Source: a virus | Virus record (IMG/VR): IMGVR_UViG_3300032323_000670 | Location: 32,001-96,000 of that record | Reading direction: 5' to 3' (one strand) | DNA length: 64,000 nucleotides | Made by a program: the position numbers and the translations under genes | Notes under the pieces: generated by a model | The model's database searches: none | The model's input: the letters and a program-made list of their open reading frames with translations, nothing else | Told to the model about the DNA's origin: nothing | Shown here: piece by piece, positions 54,201-61,699 of the stretch | How the letters are laid out: each line of letters begins with the position of its first letter | Position numbering within the stretch: the first letter of the stretch is position 1

Positions 54201-56046
54201 TGGTGTCTCTAGCAAATTTACCATCTCCGTCTAATGCAGCTTGTTCTCCAGCAATAGCCAAGTCTCTTTGTATCTTAAGATCTTTCTCTAATGCATTAAA
54301 ATATGCAATAGGATCTTTAGTTACCTCGTTCATTGCCTCAAGAGTCTTCTGATCAAACTCAAGCTCTCTGTCTATTTGGGCTTGGTAAGGATTCTCTTTA
54401 CCTGCGTTTGAAGGATCAGCTGAAAACTTCTGAGCTTGATTCTTAAGCTTCTTCATTCTTACAGCATCATATCCTTTATAGAATGCACTCTGAGTCATTG
54501 TCATTGGCCCAGCCATCAAAAATCCAGACAAGAAAGTTTCAAGACCTTGATTAGATGCTTGTGACTTAAGACCGCTCTCCATCATTGTACGGAAATAGCC
54601 TGAGCCCGCTAAGTTTGGATTATTATATGTATTTACAAAATAGTCTGTAATACCTTTTCCTACAGCTTCTTGATAAACCTCTTGTGTACCTTCCATTAAG
54701 TTAGCAGACAGATAGTTAAGTCCACCTTTACCTAAATTCTTAGGATTGAATACATGTTTATAATAAGCACGTTTAGTATATTTAGAAGCACCTTTTAACA
54801 TAGAGTGTGGATCTACACCCATCTTTTTCCAATCCTTATTAAATATGAATGTAGCTTTACTTTTACCGGCTGCCTTTTCTAAATTCTTTAAACCTGGTAT
54901 ACCTTTAAGCGCTTTATCTAATACAATCTTATTGGATACATAGATACCAGCTATGTTAGCTTGACTAGATAAATAACCTGCTTTAGTAGCTTGTGCTGCT
55001 ATAGATTGTGCTTCAGCTAAGTTTGGTTCTCTACCGTTATCTTTTCTAAACTTAGCCATCAGTTGGTTAGCTACATTATTCTGTGCTGTACCACCTTCCA
55101 TTTTAGCTTCAGAGGTAACAGCATTTATCTCACGTAAGTCTCTATAAAAAGTACCAAAAGCTTTAGAAGTTTTAGCCATATTATCTAGAGAGTCCCATTT
55201 AGCAGCAGCTTTTCCTGTCTTTGTAAGTAAAGATGTTGTTTGACTAAGTGGTAAAAACTCTCTTACTCCACCTGCTGCTGTTTTAGCAATTTTCCAAGCT
55301 TGTCTAGCATCATCAACCTTAGTTAACATTTTAAGTGCTCTGAAAGCTCTACCTACATTTGTTCCTGTTCTGGCAATTGCACCTACTGTTGCTGCACCAC
55401 CGGTTGGTAATGCACCTACTGTCCCAGCAAAAAATAATGCTACTTCTTCAGCTAAGATCTCAGCCATCACACCATAAGTGTAACCAGCATTAACTCCAAA
55501 GTTTATTGCTTTAGCACCAAACCCTTCTCTACTAGATGAACCAATAGACATGAGTCTTTCCATATCCTCTGCCTCTTCTGTATTAGGTTTATCAGAAAGG
55601 AAACTTCCCCAGTTAGTAAATGTACTTGAAGCTCCTAGTCCCGCTAAACGTAAAGCTGTTCTTCCTCCTCTTGCTGCATCATTCCATAATGAAGAATTGT
55701 TATTATAAAACTCTTCATTGTTTCTAAATGGACTAAAACCTAACTGCTTGAATTTACCGTGTGCGTAATATCTTTCAAAGTTCTGACCGTAATGAGAAGA
55801 ATTATAGGTAGTAAGTTTATTATACTTGTTTTCATCTGGCTTATACAGATCTAACATCATTCCATTAAGACGAGCTACTTTTTGATCTACATAAGACATG
55901 CCAGCAGGCTTAGGGTTAGCTCCTGTTTTAGGAGTACCCGCCATCTTCTGAGCATTAGTAGAAATAGGTTCAGGGGTTAACTTACTACGTGTAGGAAGAT
56001 TTTGAGCAGATTGTTGCCCAGTATTTGTGTTTTCTTCTAAAGCCAT
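48235..56046 (-). CDS. Giant virion-associated polyvalent protein, 2603 aa
   Basis: Gly/Ala-rich hydrophobic N-terminal region, degenerate zincin, PD-(D/E)XK domain (AGSIDV...IIDLKTS...QQNAY), ART-like YHHT domain, SH3/Tudor-like modules. Confidence 0.8.
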   Translation of the reverse strand: MALEENTNTGQQSAQNLPTRSKLTPEPISTNAQKMAGTPKTGANPKPAGMSYVDQKVARLNGMMLDLYKPDENKYNKLTTYNSSHYGQNFERYYAHGKFKQLGFSPFRNNEEFYNNNSSLWNDAARGGRTALRLAGLGASSTFTNWGSFLSDKPNTEEAEDMERLMSIGSSSREGFGAKAINFGVNAGYTYGVMAEILAEEVALFFAGTVGALPTGGAATVGAIARTGTNVGRAFRALKMLTKVDDARQAWKIAKTAAGGVREFLPLSQTTSLLTKTGKAAAKWDSLDNMAKTSKAFGTFYRDLREINAVTSEAKMEGGTAQNNVANQLMAKFRKDNGREPNLAEAQSIAAQATKAGYLSSQANIAGIYVSNKIVLDKALKGIPGLKNLEKAAGKSKATFIFNKDWKKMGVDPHSMLKGASKYTKRAYYKHVFNPKNLGKGGLNYLSANLMEGTQEVYQEAVGKGITDYFVNTYNNPNLAGSGYFRTMMESGLKSQASNQGLETFLSGFLMAGPMTMTQSAFYKGYDAVRMKKLKNQAQKFSADPSNAGKENPYQAQIDRELEFDQKTLEAMNEVTKDPIAYFNALEKDLKIQRDLAIAGEQAALDGDGKFARDTRDASLVSHSIQLLNAGRFDIFQDQLKGLRNLSKEELQEAFGEDPAAEKGTVQERLEKVIARTNEIRDVYEEYENTINPHSLKDEPEDYLAFEQMRSVMISNDIHFKFVAGRMESIYNDFTNSLPFKNANVTDFAPLFSIGMPSSEAPILRPGMLAEVEMLTKEIEALGDRPENAAKKEQLTKKKQSLESLSGLSRLYLGQYLTTQKVSQNEESFAENSKVLEETEALFKDSFFNHIKLLAEQNGQVVLDKDIEKTYQAYRDYWKLFGDRAEYANAINAFANPQQFAQMKGRVANAMKAAMAVRKEKLKESLATYKKKYLTNNFLNDLFEKFNAFVDPDEAQAFLDDNEIPVTFYSADTLEKIELGSEEYKGIMALVDEYDEAYFEETGKRYIKQVEGNLQSFRDKLKDDKRTVNELGKEFGFDPTSQTTQVDARQVLQAVINSKFAEKDLKKLAQILSGMVPVGTQVTFKMDHHTNSTFDDQNGIIVDPRFSSEGYNIGVVPIEFSIMNAMMQKIVSESLQTDSAFANAITNLRAKLEADTKDPVEKTLLSLALASNEGFVAEVMTSPLLQQKLESLPFTDNLTEQTEESKTLWDTFINEIKTLLRRLFGNKRAPSVYDEAVIVITNKLSQPGVAPNLTAEETEVTEEVTTEEEPALEELLKEGFQQALSELDPSERLGMNYESWKLTSPLAADIRKKYQAEKVKQTVAKQGAAAVPALTEEERKRVITDLGYTVAEMNNMGEAEVEEIIKEKRKKKITLRRKSGDVEIEFDEFLPAEAVVENAIKDLKIKLEKAGFKVFELKDDKGKVIDSWYAKADVYGNEIPGTRHERVSNVVKDKGDFAPGAADRGTVIDELLRDYLSNEITNIVDFKTRYNSLRQQYPSAIFSDAMLNELFDSFRTVQRQIKSLGLRVDARIPTLYGVLGPKIGTDGKPVNVAGSIDVLAFNSLGEVFIIDLKTSTQDRRLQYKAEEALENMFGAEWPEVKDAINKSENNIDTVIDGKRVSPEQLEKLKEFRNNPQFQELDGKYGFKVYFYKSDDEAQQNAYRELLKQVFGIDVKNIVIFPLKVTKTGKTFTSVKFQIDGKGKYTMYVKGPGSTDIYDITGRENIIIEYPENPISEERLNELTGAGPVTETPAQSEIETKKADIERRRQEELGVMEKRTYTEDDGTTFEVQIHTTGDKKIVKVTNLDTKGSYTNEYSKDLSNDKIYEVINPNKFEYSEVQEVQSRGGKKTDAINAKYDAELAALEGTETTEEQPTEETNEQVVADLRAREQAELLYAIPNIESYKDANGKLDKSKLSPLESQLYKQIYDKYDKLISPLLGTQPKAAQAPNIVTVYHHTSVAPQNFDFGNFQRGKDQISQFGDGLNASSTTTPFLVKRYGEPIAGEIDESKFIVIDANKSEKELYEELKAKGYKFNNPANGSYIKNDPNAEYDSADKANVNPAIISLFNDFQKSNPEVKGVKVINHIIGIEKVDPFYVIYDAKSFYGPGSLSKTQTQPVEETTEQGETGTQTQMEFEDLTLNVGDTVKVNTLKDGEGVIKEDRGDKVLLEDGRQIMKKNLTKLTSTTTEAPKSIVTPELQGKIIYVSPSKDSTTKLFDMPGVVYGNVIYAKVVAGEFSDELVEKLRELAESDITDEFSSAAETIVNVIDNGLTPDKVKAFNYSISVIRTAKGNRVPVGLSSTLRYVMTNLVWTKTMAQARELAKQGLTVVFDNNEAASSNQVDIAFVSDTTDLIDDYTETGKDNYKNAVAGIGRSKVIPTPSGKGILDILQGKATTGPQVSSAMLDLKNSIFIANKSELEAINTELKGLRSRGLLDPILQQQNLTADQVREALAKRKELLKDVLEINEISVGDIVQVNLTVSRFPGMVIAKTEDGITVAKIILNENGGPTQSKDDLFNSKEISTFTAKQIPNIISPMAKEVTPVTPDPDVKAQSDAANNEVKSTPTEVSQRLKDNMENTKNQSVDDTVNEFLEGLCTGKKGKKQ

Positions 56047-56070
56047 AATCTAAATAGTGTTATACTTTAC

Positions 56071-58995
56071 TTACTGTAAACCTCTTATGGTTCTTAAGTT
56101 ATCATTAGCCGTAGCTTGCAACATCATATTTGCTTTTAAAACTAATCTATCAAAGTCAGCATCAGTAGGTAATATGTCAAATGCTCCTAATCCACCATTA
56201 GATAATTGAGCTGGCTCAAAAGTTTTAGTTTCTGGATTATAAATCTTCATATTACTATTAAACAGGATAGACCCATCTGCATTCTTACTTAGGGTAATTG
56301 AACCTGCGGATTTCTCATAAGCATTAATAGTATAAGAACCTTTCATGTTAAAGATAGCTTCTTGTGGTGAACCATCTAATTGCTTAAAGAAATTAGAATT
56401 GACATCCTTCCTATCCATTACAACAGTAATCTCATTACCTTCTATACCTTTTGTAAAACCGGCTGAACTATCACTTCCTGCATTTGCTTTTAAGTAAGCA
56501 TCAGATATTTTAAAAGTTACACCAACTTGATCAGGATTACCTGCTACTATAGCAGTACGAGTTACACTCATCACAGGCCTATTAGCATCTGTACCTTTAT
56601 ACTGTGTACTGAACGCATCTCTTAAAGTTTGATCTAGTATTTTTCTTGCTGACATTGAACTTTCATCATCAACATCTATATCAAGATCATCAGCTGTAAG
56701 AGCTCCTACGCCTCCAAATACAACTTTATTATTAGCAAAAGAAGCATCAGCTAATGCTTTAGCTATATCACCTCTATATAATTCTCTAATCTTTTCACGA
56801 GTACCACCTAAAACTTTTGTTCCATCTTCAAGAGTTACAACTTGTACATCAGCTGGATCTAGTGTATACATCTTATTCTTTACAGCAAAACCTTCCTCAC
56901 CTTCACCACCCATTGTACCGTATGGTGTTTTTAAAGTTACCTTACCGCTGTTAAAGGTTTCTTTGTGTTTTTCTTTTAATCTTTCATATGCATCATCGCC
57001 ATCTTCCATAAAGGTATCCATTGCTAATGCGCCAAGCGTACCAATACCTGAAAGATACATCAAGTTATTATCAAGAGCAGTTCTTATATTATGTCTTTTT
57101 TCCCATTCTTTTACAAATGAAGATTCACTTCTTATATTTCCCGACTCATCATAAAATAAATCTACATCTGTTACACCTTCAGCAATCATTTGGTTTCTTA
57201 CAGCAGCATTATTAGCAGTTTTAGCATCTCTTTGAGAAGCAACAAGTTGACGATTATCACTTATCTGCTGTGTAATATTACCCAGCTCTGTCATTAACTC
57301 AGGGCTATCTATAAACAAGCCATTACCACTAGTTGCTACTAAACCATCTAGATTAGATTCAGTGTTCTTTCTAGCCTCAGCTATCTTTTTAATATTTCCA
57401 TATATACCTTGACCATCTTTTGTTGAAAGTAAATCGTTAAGGCTATAGTCTTCAAGACTTTTACTGGTTATACTTTCTAATGCTTGTTTTGCAACAGCTC
57501 TTTGACTTTCTGATTTATTAGGATCATTAGCAACCTGCTGCAAAGCATTTTTCATCTTAGTTATTCTCTGATTACTAAGAGCATCTAGATTAGATTCATT
57601 TTCAGAAAAAACTGTTTCTATTTTTTGTTGCATGTCATAATCACCTGGTGTGACATTCTGACCGCCTGTTACATCAATACCATCTGTACCATATGCTTGC
57701 GCCATTAGAGCTTTTTCAGCAGCTTCCTCTTCTTTTTCTTTCTTCTTAGCAGCTGCATCAAGAGATGCTTTATAACCAATTTCAGACATTCTAAGACCAT
57801 GTTCAAAATTAGCAAGAGCATACTTATCTTCAGTCATCTCTTGCTCCATGGTGTTCATAGCATAACTTGTAGCAGCGCCCTCCATATCATTAAATAATAA
57901 CTCATTTGCTGTAGCTGCATCAATTCTTTGACGTAATGCTTGAACGCTCATGTTTTGGTAATCAATACCGTCTGTATTATTTAATGAATCTGTAGCCATC
58001 GTACCTACAGCTTGAGCATTTGCTGCTTCTTCAGGTAAACCGTTAAGCATGTTTATAAATGCAGCATCAACCTCATCATTAAGAGGTACATTCTTAGTTA
58101 CTTCTTCTCCTACCTTTTGTTGATTATCAATCTGCTTTAACTGTTTTTCAGACTGTTGTTTAAGGGCAAGCATAGTCTGGTTGATTGTCTTAGCTTGATT
58201 AAATAGATATTCTTTCTCTGCAGCTAGTTTATCACCACCAAACTTTTCAGTATTAGCATATGTATAATCTTTTCTTTGCAAGTAAGCCTGTGTATTATAC
58301 ATTGCTGTAGTAGCAGGATCATTAGCAGAAAGTCTTATGAAAGCTTCAGTAAGACCGGTAACCATAGCAGGACCGTTCTTTGTAGTTATACGATATCTAC
58401 CATCAGGAGTAAAGTCAATAGTCTTAATGTTAAAGCCCATATCCTTTGCAAAGTCCATAGCTTTCTTATATACATCTACGTAAGGAGTATAGGTAGGATT
58501 TTGAAAACCTAAAGATTCTTCAAGAGATGCATCCACAAAGTCTGCTCTCTGATAGTCTAATGCTCTTACACCACCATCCCAGTATTTACCTCCACACTTC
58601 TTCTCATCAGTACAGTTTAAAAAGTACTGCGCCTTACCTTGCTCATCTCTATAAGTTCTGGTAAAAGACATGTCTTTTAACATGTACTTATCATCTATAA
58701 GTGGTTGGAAGATCTTACCAGCTGCGTTTACATTTTCACTGCGTGATAGATCAAGACCGGATACCTTTTGTATATTAGTCTGAATCTTATTAAAGAAGTC
58801 ATCTCTTCTTTCAATATTATCACCTCTACTTAACTCAGAGTTAAGCAAAGTCCCGTACATGTTACTGATCTTATCATAACCGGCCTGATACTGAGCCTGC
58901 TTGGTTTCAAGCACACCTTGGTAAAAATTCAGGTCCGGTTTAAATGGTTGGATCTGCGGGATATAATCGGTTACGCCTTGTAAGTAAGTTGCCAT
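56071..58995 (-). CDS. Internal virion/cargo protein, 974 aa
   Basis: Large helical ORF directly upstream of the giant-protein trio, as in crAss-like gene order. Confidence 0.65.
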   Translation of the reverse strand: MATYLQGVTDYIPQIQPFKPDLNFYQGVLETKQAQYQAGYDKISNMYGTLLNSELSRGDNIERRDDFFNKIQTNIQKVSGLDLSRSENVNAAGKIFQPLIDDKYMLKDMSFTRTYRDEQGKAQYFLNCTDEKKCGGKYWDGGVRALDYQRADFVDASLEESLGFQNPTYTPYVDVYKKAMDFAKDMGFNIKTIDFTPDGRYRITTKNGPAMVTGLTEAFIRLSANDPATTAMYNTQAYLQRKDYTYANTEKFGGDKLAAEKEYLFNQAKTINQTMLALKQQSEKQLKQIDNQQKVGEEVTKNVPLNDEVDAAFINMLNGLPEEAANAQAVGTMATDSLNNTDGIDYQNMSVQALRQRIDAATANELLFNDMEGAATSYAMNTMEQEMTEDKYALANFEHGLRMSEIGYKASLDAAAKKKEKEEEAAEKALMAQAYGTDGIDVTGGQNVTPGDYDMQQKIETVFSENESNLDALSNQRITKMKNALQQVANDPNKSESQRAVAKQALESITSKSLEDYSLNDLLSTKDGQGIYGNIKKIAEARKNTESNLDGLVATSGNGLFIDSPELMTELGNITQQISDNRQLVASQRDAKTANNAAVRNQMIAEGVTDVDLFYDESGNIRSESSFVKEWEKRHNIRTALDNNLMYLSGIGTLGALAMDTFMEDGDDAYERLKEKHKETFNSGKVTLKTPYGTMGGEGEEGFAVKNKMYTLDPADVQVVTLEDGTKVLGGTREKIRELYRGDIAKALADASFANNKVVFGGVGALTADDLDIDVDDESSMSARKILDQTLRDAFSTQYKGTDANRPVMSVTRTAIVAGNPDQVGVTFKISDAYLKANAGSDSSAGFTKGIEGNEITVVMDRKDVNSNFFKQLDGSPQEAIFNMKGSYTINAYEKSAGSITLSKNADGSILFNSNMKIYNPETKTFEPAQLSNGGLGAFDILPTDADFDRLVLKANMMLQATANDNLRTIRGLQ

Positions 58996-59069
58996 AGTTT
59001 ATAATGTAAATATACTAATAAAATCTGAGAAGTTTATAAAATTGTTTAAGTTTAAACTTTTAAGATTTA

Positions 59070-61694
59070 TTATGTGTTCTGCTCAGAAAACTGTCCTAAC
59101 CTAGGGTCACCGGGATATACATTCTTCATCATCTCCATATAAGAACTAGCAAAGTCATCAGCTGGTGCTGATTTACCCATAAGTTTTATAATAGCATCAT
59201 CTGATACACCCGGTATAGTATTTCTGATTTCTTTGAATCTTTCAATATCATTAGCTTGAATATCAGCTGGTTTCATCTCTTCACCTTTGTTGAAGTATAA
59301 TCTACCACCTTTAGATGGATCAATCTGATAGTTAGGATACAATTGATTCATGGCATAAGCTTGCTCTTTATTAGTAATAGCATCAATATAAGAACTACGT
59401 AACTCTTGACGAGCTTGCGCTTTAGCGTTATCATACTGCTGATTAGCAATGGTAGTCTGATCAAATAAGTTCTTAGTGATATCCGCATTAGAAGCATTAG
59501 CCTGGTTAACAATCTGTGCTTTTGTACCGGCAAATGTATTTGCTGTACTAACATTAAGATTGTTATATCTACCTAGTATATCTGCTGCTGCTTTAGCTCC
59601 TTGTCCTGCCATTTGAGATTGACGAGAGTTCAAAGCTTGAGATGGAGCATATGCTGCAGCACCTTGCATACCCATGTTATACTGTTCTTGGGTAGCCGCT
59701 AGTTCTCTAGTAGGATCATAGAATGTAGGGTCTGGTATATAAGGATTTAACTTAGGTGACCAAGGTAAACGTTTCTTAACTCTAGCCATATCACCAGCAG
59801 CTCCTGCAGTTTTGATTACATCTTGTAACCACCACTCTGGACCCATCTGAGGTTTTTTTGTTATATCTAACTCTTCAGTTGGTATCTCTGTACTACCTCC
59901 ACCATCTGTAGTTTCATCCTCAGTGATTATATCACCCTCTGGGTTTCTATCAAAGTAGTAACGGTCTAAGTGTTCAAGACCAAACATGTTATCATCTCCA
60001 AGTCTAGATCTATAACCAGATGTTTCAAATTTCTCTTGGTTTCTTTTTACAAGACCGTTATCCTTATTAGTAATAAAGTCTTGTGTATAAAGTTTACTCG
60101 GATCTTTAAGTTTTTCATCTGTGAGTTCATCATCCTTATAACCATAAAACTTTAACATCATCTTACGGTTATTAATTTTTTGATCTTCAGGAAGAGCTTC
60201 AAACTCAGTTATTGGTTTATCAGGATTAGCTGCTTGCCAGTATCTGAACTCAACCATTTCTGGATCAGCATAACCATAAAATCCCTTTTTACTTCGTGTC
60301 TTTTTTGAAGAATCTTCATAGGATGATTGAGTAGCTACTTTAAAACCAGGAGCACCTAAGGACTTACCTGCTTCATCTTTGTTGTAAGAACCTAAAGAAG
60401 TTAAAAAGTCTTTTTCTTCTACACTGAGTTCATCTGCAGCCTTTGTGTAAATAGTCCACCCAGATGCGCTACCTGAAGCATAACCTTTTCCCTTAAGTCT
60501 TTTCATTATTTCATTAGCCTTCTTAACATCTTCCTCTAATGAACCGTACCTAGGTTTATAGTTTTCTTTACCTGATAATGATTGTCTTACTTTATCTTGA
60601 GTATATACTTTAGTTACTTTTCTTATTTTACCATCTTCATCCTTAAAGTAATCGCCTACAGCAAGTGTAGGATCATCTTTCTTCTTAATCTTATCAGCTG
60701 GTATCTTTTCTTTTGCAGCAGTAGATTTTTCTACATTACCACCATCTTGATATCTCATCTGACCACCGTATCCAAACACAGCTGGTATATCTACTTCACT
60801 GTTATCAGAAGAGTATATAGTACCGTTACCATCTCTGAATACAGGACCACCATTTTCCATAGTCATGTATATACCACTCTCAGGCTTGAATCTTTTCTTA
60901 ACCCCACCTAGTTTAGCATATACTTTTTTAAGCATGGGGTTATCCTTAATCTTATTTGCAATACCTCCATATCTAGCATATGGATTTTCTTGTGAAGCTT
61001 CAAATTGCTCTTCACTTGGATTCTCTTCCGCTTCCATAGCTTCTTCACCCTGCATCATTTGCTGGTTAGGTTTACCTTCTTTAAGGGGTAATACATCCTG
61101 GGGTTGAACAGCATTCATTGATAAGTAAGGTAATGCTACAGTAGGTATGCCATCTGGGAAACCTTTCTTAGACTCTTGTATAAGAGCTAACTTAGCTAGT
61201 TTTACATTGTAACTAGCTATCATTTTCTCAGATGTTTCTCTAGCCAACCTATCAGAAGTTGGATCAGCTAATACTTCTCTGTATTTATTTATATCATACT
61301 TCTCAGCAATCTGAGCAGGTGTATAACCACCCTTCTTCTTAGACATGTTAAACTCATCAAGAATCTTTTGATCTTTTATTTTCATACTAGAAGTATCACT
61401 GAATATAAAAGAGTCATCCGGTAAGTTCAAAGGTGTACCCCCAGCATAGTGACGTTGTCCACCTATTCTGTAGTGTGCTGGTAAACCATCAACATCTGGA
61501 ATAAGTGCAGTCTCGCCTTTCTCTGCTTCAAGATTAGCTTCCTCTCTTGGCACAGGTCTTAATGTCTTCTTACCTTTTACAGGTGTTTCAGACAATGAGT
61601 CTGACATGTAACTAGGTGCAATCTGTTTATACAGACTTGACATGCTACCGCCTTTATATGCTTGGGGTAAGCTTTTGATCTTTACTCGTCTCAT
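59070..61694 (-). CDS. Internal virion/cargo protein, 874 aa
   Basis: ANLEAEKGE...GQRHYAGGT...FIFSD domain, many xxxGG motifs, Q/N/A-rich C-terminus. Confidence 0.7.
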   Translation of the reverse strand: MRRVKIKSLPQAYKGGSMSSLYKQIAPSYMSDSLSETPVKGKKTLRPVPREEANLEAEKGETALIPDVDGLPAHYRIGGQRHYAGGTPLNLPDDSFIFSDTSSMKIKDQKILDEFNMSKKKGGYTPAQIAEKYDINKYREVLADPTSDRLARETSEKMIASYNVKLAKLALIQESKKGFPDGIPTVALPYLSMNAVQPQDVLPLKEGKPNQQMMQGEEAMEAEENPSEEQFEASQENPYARYGGIANKIKDNPMLKKVYAKLGGVKKRFKPESGIYMTMENGGPVFRDGNGTIYSSDNSEVDIPAVFGYGGQMRYQDGGNVEKSTAAKEKIPADKIKKKDDPTLAVGDYFKDEDGKIRKVTKVYTQDKVRQSLSGKENYKPRYGSLEEDVKKANEIMKRLKGKGYASGSASGWTIYTKAADELSVEEKDFLTSLGSYNKDEAGKSLGAPGFKVATQSSYEDSSKKTRSKKGFYGYADPEMVEFRYWQAANPDKPITEFEALPEDQKINNRKMMLKFYGYKDDELTDEKLKDPSKLYTQDFITNKDNGLVKRNQEKFETSGYRSRLGDDNMFGLEHLDRYYFDRNPEGDIITEDETTDGGGSTEIPTEELDITKKPQMGPEWWLQDVIKTAGAAGDMARVKKRLPWSPKLNPYIPDPTFYDPTRELAATQEQYNMGMQGAAAYAPSQALNSRQSQMAGQGAKAAADILGRYNNLNVSTANTFAGTKAQIVNQANASNADITKNLFDQTTIANQQYDNAKAQARQELRSSYIDAITNKEQAYAMNQLYPNYQIDPSKGGRLYFNKGEEMKPADIQANDIERFKEIRNTIPGVSDDAIIKLMGKSAPADDFASSYMEMMKNVYPGDPRLGQFSEQNT

Positions 61695-61699
61695 AGTAA

